Position numbers and translations under genes: made by a program. From assembly GCA_046344715.1 (NCBI GenBank), contig JBKDKX010000016.1, positions 74,202-138,201 of the forward strand: DNA of 64,000 nucleotides, read 5' to 3'. Origin of the DNA: Alphaproteobacteria bacterium (lineage in GTDB: Bacteria > Pseudomonadota > Alphaproteobacteria > Rickettsiales > SXRF01). Positions 17,408 to 25,908 of the stretch are shown piece after piece; the stretch's first letter is position 1, and every line of letters starts with the position of its first letter. The notes under the pieces were generated by a model. It had not been told where the DNA came from, did not search any database, and worked only from the letters and a program-made list of their open reading frames with translations.

Positions 17408-19465
17408 TTATCCTTTTTTCATAATGGCGTTTACAACGGCTTCAGCCGTGATGCCAAAATGTTTGTATAAATCTGGCGCTGGTGCTGATGCGCCGAAGCC
17501 GTTCATGCCGATGAAAATGCCATCATTGCCGATGTAGCGTTCCCAGCCGAAACCTCCGGCTGCCTCAATGGCAACTTTCAAAGTATTTTTGCCCAGCACT
17601 TCTTCACGGTATTTTGTTGGTTGTGCATCGAACAATTCCCAGCAAGGTAAGGAGACCACGCGGGCAGTGATATTTTTCTCAGCGAGCTTTTTCTTTGCTT
17701 CAATGGCAATGCTGATTTCAGAGCCGCTTGCGATGAGTGTTACCTTTGGGTTTTCATCAGAAAATTCACACATCACATAGCCGCCGTAGCTGCATAAATT
17801 ATCCTGCGTATATTGACTGCGCACAGACGGAACATTCTGGCGTGTGAGTGAAAGAATGGATGGTGTATTTTTATTGGTAAGCGCAAGCGCCCAGCATTCT
17901 GCGGTTTCCGTGGCGTCCGCTGGGCGGAATACATTCAGGTTAGGAATGGCGCGCAAGCTGGCGAGATGCTCAATCGGTTGATGCGTTGGGCCGTCTTCAC
18001 CAAGACCAATAGAATCATGCGTCATTACATAAATCACGCGCTGCTGCATGAGTGCTGAAAGGCGAATGGCTGGCCTGCAATAATCGGTGAATACCATGAA
18101 GGTACCCCCGTAGGGTATAAAGCCGCCATGCAGGGCGATGCCGTTCATCATCGAAGCCATGGCGTGTTCACGCACGCCGTAATAAATATAACTTCCGTTA
18201 TACTGGCTACTGGTCACTGGCAACTGACTCTTTGCCTTGGTATTGTTTGAGCCAGTTAAATCAGCCGAGCCGCCTGCCAGTTCGGGAATGACTGGGGCAA
18301 GGGCGTTTAGCACATTTTCTGATGACTTGCGGGTGGCCTCGTTCGGTGCTGTTTCTGCCAGTTTCTTTTTGAATGCGTCAAACGCTGCCTGCCAGCCATC
18401 GGGCAGTTCGCCTGCTATCTGGCGGCTGAATTCGGATTGGATTTTTCCATCCGCGCTTTCAAAAGTTTTTGTCCAGTCAGTAAATGCGTTGCCGCCTTTT
18501 TTGCCCACATCGCGCCATGCGGATAAAATATCAGCAGGTACTTCAAATTCTGCGTGCGCCCAGCCGAGGTTTTTGCGTGCGCCAGCAATTTCATCTTTCC
18601 CCAATGGCGAGCCGTGGCATTTCTCAGAGCCTTCTTTGCTTGGCGCGCCGAAGCCGATTTTCGTACGGCAGGCAATAAGGGTAGGGGCGTTTGATTTTTT
18701 TGCCTTTGCCAGCGCATCGCGCACGGCATCCGCGTTATGGCCATCCACGGATGGAATCACATTCCAGCCATAGGCCTCAAAACGTTTGGTCATGTCTTCG
18801 GAGGTGGTGAGGCTGGTTGGCCCGTCGATAGAGATTTTATTATCGTCCCATAGCACAATGAGTTTGGAAAGCTTCAAATGCCCCGCGAGCGATGCCGCTT
18901 CGTGGCTGATGCCTTCCATCAGGCAGCCGTCACCTGCGATCACATAGGTATAATGGCCGACGATATCGTCACCAAATCGCGCATTCAGCATGCGCTCCGC
19001 CAGTGCCATACCCACGGCGTTCGCGATGCCTTGCCCCAGTGGGCCGGTGGTGGTTTCAATGCCGGTTGCGTGGCCAAATTCAGGATGGCCTGCGGTTTTT
19101 GCACCGAGCTTGCGGAATTTTTTGATGTCCCCAATCGTCATATCCTCATAGCCGGTGAGGTAGAGCAGGGCGTATTGCAGCATGGAGCCATGACCAGCGG
19201 AAAGCACAAAACGGTCGCGATCCGGCCAGTTCGGGTGTTTGGGGTCAAATTTCAGGAATTCAGAGAACAGCACCGTTGCCGCATCTGCCATGCCCATGGG
19301 CATGCCCGGGTGGCCGGAGGCGGCCTTTTCCACCGCATCCATAGAAAGGGCGCGTATGGCGTTTGCCATGTCTTTTAATGAAACAGAAGGAAAATCAGAT
19401 GGTTTGGGCATAAGCGATGGCATATCTTTTTTCTTTATTTCTGACAGTAGCATGTTAAGATTCAT
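17408..19465 (-). CDS. tkt: transketolase
   Basis: ANAIRALSMDAVEKAASGHPGMPMG, GDGCLMEG and THDSIGLGEDGPTHQP motifs. Start trimmed to the ATG at 19465 (an alternative is 19423), because the longer track ORF overlaps the divergent gene. Confidence 0.93.
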   Translation of the reverse strand: MNLNMLLSEIKKKDMPSLMPKPSDFPSVSLKDMANAIRALSMDAVEKAASGHPGMPMGMADAATVLFSEFLKFDPKHPNWPDRDRFVLSAGHGSMLQYALLYLTGYEDMTIGDIKKFRKLGAKTAGHPEFGHATGIETTTGPLGQGIANAVGMALAERMLNARFGDDIVGHYTYVIAGDGCLMEGISHEAASLAGHLKLSKLIVLWDDNKISIDGPTSLTTSEDMTKRFEAYGWNVIPSVDGHNADAVRDALAKAKKSNAPTLIACRTKIGFGAPSKEGSEKCHGSPLGKDEIAGARKNLGWAHAEFEVPADILSAWRDVGKKGGNAFTDWTKTFESADGKIQSEFSRQIAGELPDGWQAAFDAFKKKLAETAPNEATRKSSENVLNALAPVIPELAGGSADLTGSNNTKAKSQLPVTSSQYNGSYIYYGVREHAMASMMNGIALHGGFIPYGGTFMVFTDYCRPAIRLSALMQQRVIYVMTHDSIGLGEDGPTHQPIEHLASLRAIPNLNVFRPADATETAECWALALTNKNTPSILSLTRQNVPSVRSQYTQDNLCSYGGYVMCEFSDENPKVTLIASGSEISIAIEAKKKLAEKNITARVVSLPCWELFDAQPTKYREEVLGKNTLKVAIEAAGGFGWERYIGNDGIFIGMNGFGASAPAPDLYKHFGITAEAVVNAIMKKG

Positions 19466-19507
19466 CGTTGTAATCAGATTATTAGAACTTCTCAACGAAA
19501 AACGATT

Positions 19508-19810
19508 ATGTCGGACACACAAACACAATCGCCTCTGACCGCCGCCCTTGAGAAGATACACGCCGCGCTTGACCGGCTGGAGGTGGGTGTACAGCAAAAG
19601 TCGGTGGAAAATGGGCATGATGCGCGCGAAAAACAGCATTTAAGCCTGGTGGTGAGCGAGAATAAAGCGTTGCAGGACGAGCAGCAGCGCCTGAATCAGG
19701 CGATAGATGACGTCCAGAACCAGTATGATGACCTGCACAAGGTGGCGGTGAATATTTACGGGCGGCTGGATGATTCCGTGCGCCGGATTACCAAGATTAT
19801 TGGTAACTAG
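19508..19810 (+). CDS. small coiled-coil protein, possibly DUF4164/ZauP-like
   Basis: 100-aa helical Q/E/D-rich ORF divergent from tkt, a position occupied by DUF4164 genes in many alphaproteobacteria. Family assignment is tentative. Confidence 0.5.
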   Translation: MSDTQTQSPLTAALEKIHAALDRLEVGVQQKSVENGHDAREKQHLSLVVSENKALQDEQQRLNQAIDDVQNQYDDLHKVAVNIYGRLDDSVRRITKIIGN

Positions 19811-19896
19811 ATACGTGCGCTGCTAAGTTTTTTATTTTTCCAGCAAATATCGCTTGACTAAAACCACGATACGATTAATTTTCCCGCCTGCCTATG

Positions 19897-19972
19897 TGGG
19901 GGTGTAGCTCAGTTGGTAGAGCACTTGATTTGCATTCAAGATGTCGCGGGTTCGATTCCTGTCGCCTCCACC
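19897..19972 (+). tRNA. tRNA-Ala (anticodon UGC)
   Basis: Hand-folded 76-nt cloverleaf. Acceptor GGGGGUG/CGCCUCC includes the G3:U70 Ala identity pair. D arm GCUC-AGUUGGUA-GAGC, anticodon loop UUUGCAU, T loop UUCGAUU, encoded CCA. Confidence 0.9.
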
Positions 19973-19973
19973 A
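19953..19973 (+). repeat. attL core (direct repeat copy 1, within the tRNA-Ala 3' end)
   Basis: Identical 21-mer to 27928-27948. Confidence 0.85.
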
Positions 19974-20012
19974 TTCTCTTATATAACAATCACCTATAGC
20001 CTGATTTCAGAG

Positions 20013-20034
20013 GTGTGACATACATGTGTGACAT
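20013..20034 (+). repeat. two GTGTGACAT motifs (putative integrase arm-type sites) at the attL side
   Basis: GTGTGACAT at 20013-20021 and 20026-20034, directly upstream of the integrase start codon at 20038. Confidence 0.6.
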
Positions 20035-20037
20035 TGT

Positions 20038-21612
20038 ATGCCATCTCCAAGCTATCTTGTGGCCTCACGCTTTGGCCATTTCTATTTCCGCTTCCCAATC
20101 CCTGCAAACCTCCACCCAGAGCGCAAACAAAGCTGTATCCGTCTATCGTTGGATACGCGCTGCCCTCGTGAAGCGTTGCAATTATCCCGCGCTCTCAGTT
20201 ATGTTGGTATTCAACTGCTTCAGAAACCTGAGATTTATAGCATGGACTATCAGGATATAAGGGAGGTGCTATTCGACCACTTCAAGGCCATGCGGGAACG
20301 CATGAAGCAGCGTATCAATACGCATGGTCGCCTGACTGAGCAAGATAAGAACGCATTGCTGAATAATAAGTCGTTATCTGAAGTTGCCTTACAGGATAAG
20401 GATTATAGCCTTGTGGGAACAGATGACCAGATGAATAGCCTGATTGATGATTACGCTTTGCCTATCACTCGCAACAGCCAACATTATAACACGCTTCAAA
20501 CTGAGTTCCTTAAAGCCTTCCGTGATTATTGCTCAAGCGTCATGGAATACGATTCACGGTTTGAGGGGTATAACTTCAAGACTGACCCTGCCTCGCTTGC
20601 CATGCAACAGGCTACCAAACGTACTTCTAAGAAGAAGCTGGTAGATGTCTTGGAAGGCTATATTGCTGAGAAGATACGCCTCAAGAAGTGGCGTATAAAC
20701 GTAGCGAATGACTATCGCACCCAGTTCAATCTGCTGCTGAAGTATCTGGGACAAGATGCCTCGCTGCATATCTCGGATGATTTAGCCAAAGACGTGAAGA
20801 ACATGCTGCTCAGGATGCCTATCAATGCCAACAAGAAGGCTGAACTCAAGGACAAGGCTATTCACGAGTTAATCACACTGGAAGGCCATAAGCGGATGAG
20901 TGCTCCTACCGTAAGCAAGCATATTGGCACATACAGCACCTTTTATGACTGGGCAGTAAAGCGCAAGGAAACAAGTGAGAATCCTTTTGCTGCTCTCGTT
21001 GATGATGTCAAACAGGTGTACGAAGAACGTGACCCTTTCTCACTGGCGCAATCTAAGGCTATTATCCAAGCGGCATTTGCAGCCAAGAAGCCGCACCAGA
21101 AATGTGGTGTGCTGATAGCTTTCTTTACAGGTGTAAGGCTGAATGAAGTAGCACAACTGGACATAACCGACATTAGGCAGGTGGAAGGTATCTGGTGCTT
21201 TGACATTAACGACAAAGGCGAATTCAAACGACTCAAGAACCCAGCTTCAAGACGTATAGTACCTGTTCACTCCAAGCTAATCGAATGGGGTTTACTAGAT
21301 TACGTTAAAGAAGCTGGCAAAGGTCGCTTGTTTCCTGATTTATCGTATCACCAGAAAGATGGATACGGACGCAATCTAGGTCGTTGGTTCAATGATTCTT
21401 TGCTTAAGAAATTAGAGATTAAATCGGATAAACTGGTGTTCCATTCTATCCGTCATACTGTTGCAGACCAGCTACGCAATAATGAGGTTGAACTCAGTAC
21501 CATCAAGGACATTCTTGGCCATACGCATGAGGATGTAACTATTGATGTGTATGCAAGTAATTTGCGTAAAGGGCTTATGCAGAAGGCAGTTGAAACAATT
21601 GCTTACAGTTAG
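20038..21612 (+). CDS. int: tyrosine-type site-specific integrase
   Basis: C-terminal catalytic pattern: GVRLNE (Arg), HSIRHT (HxxR), LGHTHEDVTIDVY (His/Tyr). The N-terminus YLVASRFGHFYFRFPIP resembles DUF6538-type integrase N-domains. Adjacent to the tRNA. Confidence 0.88.
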   Translation: MPSPSYLVASRFGHFYFRFPIPANLHPERKQSCIRLSLDTRCPREALQLSRALSYVGIQLLQKPEIYSMDYQDIREVLFDHFKAMRERMKQRINTHGRLTEQDKNALLNNKSLSEVALQDKDYSLVGTDDQMNSLIDDYALPITRNSQHYNTLQTEFLKAFRDYCSSVMEYDSRFEGYNFKTDPASLAMQQATKRTSKKKLVDVLEGYIAEKIRLKKWRINVANDYRTQFNLLLKYLGQDASLHISDDLAKDVKNMLLRMPINANKKAELKDKAIHELITLEGHKRMSAPTVSKHIGTYSTFYDWAVKRKETSENPFAALVDDVKQVYEERDPFSLAQSKAIIQAAFAAKKPHQKCGVLIAFFTGVRLNEVAQLDITDIRQVEGIWCFDINDKGEFKRLKNPASRRIVPVHSKLIEWGLLDYVKEAGKGRLFPDLSYHQKDGYGRNLGRWFNDSLLKKLEIKSDKLVFHSIRHTVADQLRNNEVELSTIKDILGHTHEDVTIDVYASNLRKGLMQKAVETIAYS

Positions 21613-21847
21613 AACTCAGTAATTCCTTTCTATATTTGAATTGACGCTAACCAGACGCTGCACTAGCGTTCTGGGTGGAAGTGCCTATGTAGGTGCTTCT
21701 GAGGCTAGTTACCTCTCACATGCGGCCTAATACAGCGTCAGGCCGTTACCAATGATGCTGCTTTCTCACCTTAGGGTCGAGGGGGCGGCTGAATACAATA
21801 GCGCAAGCGAATAAGCTGCGCCGTTCATGTGACGGTAACTATCCCTC

Positions 21848-21880
21848 GGCTGCCAGAGCAATCTGGTAGCCGTTTGTTTA
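21848..21880 (+). terminator. 10-bp stem with GCAA tetraloop followed by a T-rich tract
   Basis: ggctgccaga-GCAA-tctggtagcc (21848-21871), then gtttgttta. Ends 16 nt before the RBS/ATG of the next gene. Confidence 0.5.
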
Positions 21881-21895
21881 TGGCATGGAGGTAAT

Positions 21896-22720
21896 ATGCA
21901 CCAACCGATATTTACAAGGCGTGGAAAGATAGTTCTCGGCATCCTTACAATCCTTGTGGGAATGGGATGGATAATGGCTTCGCTGCCTGACATCGAAAGA
22001 TACTTGAAGGGTACGGGTGAGGATGAGCAACTACGCCAGAAGCATTATAGAGAATTGGTTTTGTACCAGTTGCAGTCGGAGTGGGAATGTTTGCCTGATT
22101 CACAGCAAGAGCGTGAAGCATTCGTGCTGAGAATAATGAAGCGGTTTCGCCCAGATGATTGGGCATTGATGGAATCTGGGCACAAATGGAAGCAAGAATA
22201 TGACAAGAAACAACATGCTAAAACATTAACCGTTAAAGAGCGCAAGCATGTCGCAGATAGCTATAAAGCTATCTCGATGGAGCCTCATGTTAAGGATGTA
22301 AGGCGGATACCATACACCTATTATTCTTTGCCTTGGACTAATACCTTGCCACGTTATTTAAGGCTTTCAGAATGTGTAATTAACGCGACAGAATCTTGTG
22401 AAAAGCCACGCTTTAGCTTCTCGGTAAACAAAGAGTCCGCAGCTATTTATGCAGAATATGAGAACGACTATGTGCGGTGGGAATTGCCCGCTGCTGCTTG
22501 GGAAGATGTATTAAAAGATGGTGAATTCCGCGAGTTAGGGAGGAGCAAGAAGATTAATGAGACTATTGCAGCAATCGAAGAACAGAAACAGCGTGATTAT
22601 GCGTTAGAGAAGCAAGCGCGGGATACCGTAATGAAGCTGAGTGCGTCAGCTATTCCCCCTCATCTTGAAGAATCTGCTATCGAGCAGGAATATCTGAGGC
22701 TCAAGTGCAAGGTGCAATAA
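21896..22720 (+). CDS. hypothetical membrane-anchored protein (274 aa)
   Basis: GGAGG RBS 7 nt upstream. N-terminal TM IVLGILTILVGMGWIMASL. The rest is charged and helical with no recognisable motif. Confidence 0.6.
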   Translation: MHQPIFTRRGKIVLGILTILVGMGWIMASLPDIERYLKGTGEDEQLRQKHYRELVLYQLQSEWECLPDSQQEREAFVLRIMKRFRPDDWALMESGHKWKQEYDKKQHAKTLTVKERKHVADSYKAISMEPHVKDVRRIPYTYYSLPWTNTLPRYLRLSECVINATESCEKPRFSFSVNKESAAIYAEYENDYVRWELPAAAWEDVLKDGEFRELGRSKKINETIAAIEEQKQRDYALEKQARDTVMKLSASAIPPHLEESAIEQEYLRLKCKVQ

Positions 22721-23214
22721 TACCAGTTATATGGATAGGGATATTAGCTATCTTACTGGTTGGTATTGTTCCAGCCGAGGCAAGAGATTACCGAGGTGAA
22801 GTGGTTGCTGTGACTGATGGTGATACACTCACCATGAGAGCGGGTAATAACCGTCGGATGATTATCCGGTTGGCCGATATTGACGCGCCAGAGAAACGCC
22901 AGCCATATGGTATGGAAGCAAAGCAGTCATTGGCTGGATTGGCACAAGGACAAGCGGTTATCGTGAACAAACAGACCAAGGATAAATATAGCCGTACAGT
23001 TGGTACGGTTTATCGTTCCAGTGATGCCTTAAACCTAAACCAAGAGATGACCAAGAGAGGTAATGCGTGGGCTTACCGCGCCTACCTACAGGACACCTCT
23101 ATAATCGCTTTAGAACAGGCCGCAGAAGCGCAGAAGATTGGGTTGTGGAGCTTGCCGCCAGAGGAGCGGATTCCTCCTTGGGAGTGGCGTAAAGAGCAAC
23201 GGGAATCGCATTAG
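22705..23214 (+). CDS. secreted thermonuclease (staphylococcal nuclease, SNase-like) family protein
   Basis: Signal/TM segment, then VTDGDTL...IRLADIDAPE...QPYG...KYSRTVG...WAYRAY, the SNase catalytic pattern. GTG start overlaps the upstream gene by 16 nt. Confidence 0.8.
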   Translation: MQGAIIPVIWIGILAILLVGIVPAEARDYRGEVVAVTDGDTLTMRAGNNRRMIIRLADIDAPEKRQPYGMEAKQSLAGLAQGQAVIVNKQTKDKYSRTVGTVYRSSDALNLNQEMTKRGNAWAYRAYLQDTSIIALEQAAEAQKIGLWSLPPEERIPPWEWRKEQRESH

Positions 23215-23279
23215 AAATGATAAGCTGCCATGTAAGGGTGAAATATCTATCTTTTTACTATAGTACAGTATGTTAAGTG

Positions 23280-23301
23280 CTAATATGCTTCGTACCTAGT
23301 A
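23280..23301 (+). repeat. 22-bp direct repeat copy 1 (CTAATATGCTTCGTACCTAGTA)
   Basis: Perfect match to 24158-24179. Lies 112 nt upstream of the ATG at 23413. Confidence 0.8.
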
Positions 23302-23412
23302 TAACAGGAGGTTATGGGTTTTGTACCAATATGCTAATTTACTAAAGTAAATATAGGTAAACATAGTACGGTTATATCCCTCCTTCCTGTTCTTTTAAAC
23401 TAGGAAGGTTAT

Positions 23413-24117
23413 ATGCAACAAACAATACCCCAAATAAAGCAAAGTCTAAAAGATGCTCAAACTGAAGTTCGTCTAGCAGGAGAAGCAAAATGGCAAGAAA
23501 TCAAAGCACATAATCCTCATCTGTCGGGCTTTGAAGTTAAGACTAAACCATATAGTTATAAAAAGCGTCCGGCAGGATTTAACAAGGTCATTGAACGTTT
23601 GATGAGTGAGATATCGTATCCATCTGGGATGAATTATGACTCAGGCGTATCATACACAGCAGGGGCAGACAGAACTCAAGCAGCGATTATAGAGAGAATC
23701 AGGCCATCATTCTCCAATCATAAGATACTACCGAATGTTTGGAATAGAAAGCTTACTAAGAAACAGTTTGAGAAAATGCAAGGGATGGCATGGCGCAATT
23801 TCCGTAAGCCAATTGACATTAAAGGTTGCAAAACGCTTGCTCAGGTCAAGAAACGTATCCAAGCAGCAATACATGCGAATGATGCCACATTTACCTTTAA
23901 AGGGACGATTGCTATTGACAATAAGGCCGTGATTGTTGGGAAAGATATTTACGCTATCGAAACGAGGAAATCGACTGGCCATGAATACCCTTCTATTCGG
24001 GTTAATATAGGCAATAAACGTGCATGGCTAAGGGTTGATTTGCTACGCTTAATACTGCCATGTAATATGATAATAGCTGAAAACAAGGCAAGTAAAACGG
24101 CTCTCAAAACATCATAG
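23413..24117 (+). CDS. hypothetical basic protein (234 aa)
   Basis: ORF with the RBS-like sequence aggaagg upstream. No recognisable motif. Confidence 0.55.
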   Translation: MQQTIPQIKQSLKDAQTEVRLAGEAKWQEIKAHNPHLSGFEVKTKPYSYKKRPAGFNKVIERLMSEISYPSGMNYDSGVSYTAGADRTQAAIIERIRPSFSNHKILPNVWNRKLTKKQFEKMQGMAWRNFRKPIDIKGCKTLAQVKKRIQAAIHANDATFTFKGTIAIDNKAVIVGKDIYAIETRKSTGHEYPSIRVNIGNKRAWLRVDLLRLILPCNMIIAENKASKTALKTS

Positions 24118-24157
24118 AATGTGTAAGAAGCTTGTTGGATAATTGTAAGCGGTATTC

Positions 24158-24179
24158 CTAATATGCTTCGTACCTAGTA
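24158..24179 (+). repeat. 22-bp direct repeat copy 2 (CTAATATGCTTCGTACCTAGTA)
   Basis: Perfect match to 23280-23301. Lies 232 nt upstream of the ATG at 24411. Similarity continues downstream (AACAGGAGGTTAT vs AACAGAAGGTGGTTTAT). Confidence 0.8.
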
Positions 24180-24410
24180 ACGATAGAACAGAAGGTGGTT
24201 TATAATAAATATGAAGATTATATCACTATGACTATCAGGTAATGGCCTTGGGGCTAATACACACTAGTTAATTGTTTGAGTAACTAGAAATAAGTAATTC
24301 CCATGCTGGGGGAGCTAATGCATGTCTAGCTTCAGGATTACAATAAGATTGTCTATAAAGTAAACTTATTCTACTAATACTGGAATAAATAGCCTGATTA
24401 GGAATTAATC

Positions 24411-25871
24411 ATGACGTTGTGGGATTGCATAATAGAGCAGATTGGAAACATCGAGAATCAATATAAAGATGTATTCAAGAAGATTGAAGCTGCTCAAGAT
24501 GGAAGTAAGCAGCGTTTAAATCTTACTGATGGTATTCCTAATTATCATGAATCTATAAATAGCATCCGAGCAAGGCTAACAACTGCACTTGGATTGTTTA
24601 AATCATTATTGGGTGTAGATACCAGCAGACTGCTTATTCCAATGCCCTATTTAAATAACTTGAATAGTGGCTTGAGGGGCATTCATGAATCCTTAAATGC
24701 TATTACTGGGTCATTTACAAATCTAGATGCGAATGGTGGAATTGCCAGCATCAATCCATCAAACTGGGATGTATTGAGTGTCAATCAGGCGTTTACGTTC
24801 AACATTGCAGCCCAATTGCAAGCGATAGACAGTCAGCTAGATAAAGCATTGGATGGATTTTATAGTATTCACGGCCTTGTACAAAGGCCAGACTACACAG
24901 GACTTTCAGACATTGGGGATACACTTACAGGAATTCTCGATGAATTCGCTGAAAGACGTAGCGAAGTCGTGGCGCTGGCAGATGAAGTTAAAAAGAGTAA
25001 GAAGCAAGTTGAGGGTGTAGTTGCCAACGTTAATACACAATTGCAGACTGCTACCGATATTAATAAGCAAATTGATGGAGCCAAGCAAAGTGCTGATAAC
25101 AAGCTAAAAGACATTACAACTGCCGAAGCTTCTGTAGTTCTAAAGATGCCTACAATCGAAGATGTGCACACTAAAGTCACTGCACTCAAGAAAGATGTAG
25201 AGGATTACAAACCTCAATTTGAAAAGTTCAAAGAGCAACTTGAGCAGCGGGTGAAGAAGTATACTGAAGGCAATATCGAGCTTGAGAAGTTGTTAAAATC
25301 ATTGATAGACCAAGAAATAGAAATCAAACGTATTAATGGCGAAGCTTCAGCAGCATTAAACTTTGCTACTGTAGCGGGTATTGCGAAGGGTTTTGAAGAT
25401 AGAAGGGCAGCTCTCGATATAGAATTGAAGAATGCGTATCGCTGGTATGTAGGTGCGGTTGTTAGTTTGTTCGTAACAACAATGGTTCCAGCATCCTATG
25501 TGGTGGCGATTATATTTAAGTTGGAGTATGTGAAAGACACAACTGAGATAGACTATCATGCACTGGTAACACTCTTGCTGTTGGTTGTGCCATCTGCAAT
25601 TATGACCCGCTTTACTTCGAGTCGCTATAACAGCCTCTTCAGGCTAAGAGAACAGTACGCACATAAATTCTCGATTGCATTCAGTATGGAAGGGTTCAAG
25701 AAGGCACTCAAGGAAGATGAACAAAACAAACTTGTTGCCACTACATTTGCACAGCTTTCAAGCAATAATCCGGCTGACTCAATAGATAATAAATCAAGTT
25801 CAAGTTCAGAAGAACATCCTTTGCCTATTTGGGAGAAATGCCTTGATTTCATTTGTCCCAGCAAGAAATAG
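24411..25871 (+). CDS. hypothetical coiled-coil protein with C-terminal 2-TM module (486 aa)
   Basis: About 340 aa of helical K/E/Q/D-rich sequence. Hydrophobic helices at about aa 345-369 and 383-399 (nt 25443-25607), then a charged Ser-rich tail. No enzymatic motif seen. Confidence 0.65.
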   Translation: MTLWDCIIEQIGNIENQYKDVFKKIEAAQDGSKQRLNLTDGIPNYHESINSIRARLTTALGLFKSLLGVDTSRLLIPMPYLNNLNSGLRGIHESLNAITGSFTNLDANGGIASINPSNWDVLSVNQAFTFNIAAQLQAIDSQLDKALDGFYSIHGLVQRPDYTGLSDIGDTLTGILDEFAERRSEVVALADEVKKSKKQVEGVVANVNTQLQTATDINKQIDGAKQSADNKLKDITTAEASVVLKMPTIEDVHTKVTALKKDVEDYKPQFEKFKEQLEQRVKKYTEGNIELEKLLKSLIDQEIEIKRINGEASAALNFATVAGIAKGFEDRRAALDIELKNAYRWYVGAVVSLFVTTMVPASYVVAIIFKLEYVKDTTEIDYHALVTLLLLVVPSAIMTRFTSSRYNSLFRLREQYAHKFSIAFSMEGFKKALKEDEQNKLVATTFAQLSSNNPADSIDNKSSSSSEEHPLPIWEKCLDFICPSKK

Positions 25872-25908
25872 CCCCCATTTCGTATGGGTGGTGAGATAAG
25901 GTAATGCG

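Noticed and set aside
19466-19639. N-terminal 58-codon extension of the transketolase ORF in the track
   Set aside because: The extension overlaps the divergent coiled-coil gene and its promoter region. The conserved Tkt sequence begins only after the Met at 19465 or 19423.
19854-19880. Sigma-70-like promoter for tRNA-Ala (TTGACT at 19854, TAATTT at 19875)
   Set aside because: The spacing is only about 15 nt and the -10 is poor. It is plausible but not supportable as a feature without TSS data.
21766-21993. 75-aa minus-strand ORF as a possible excisionase
   Set aside because: It overlaps the start of the co-oriented cargo gene on the opposite strand. It has no HTH-like or AlpA-like motif and its composition is C/H/R/P-rich.
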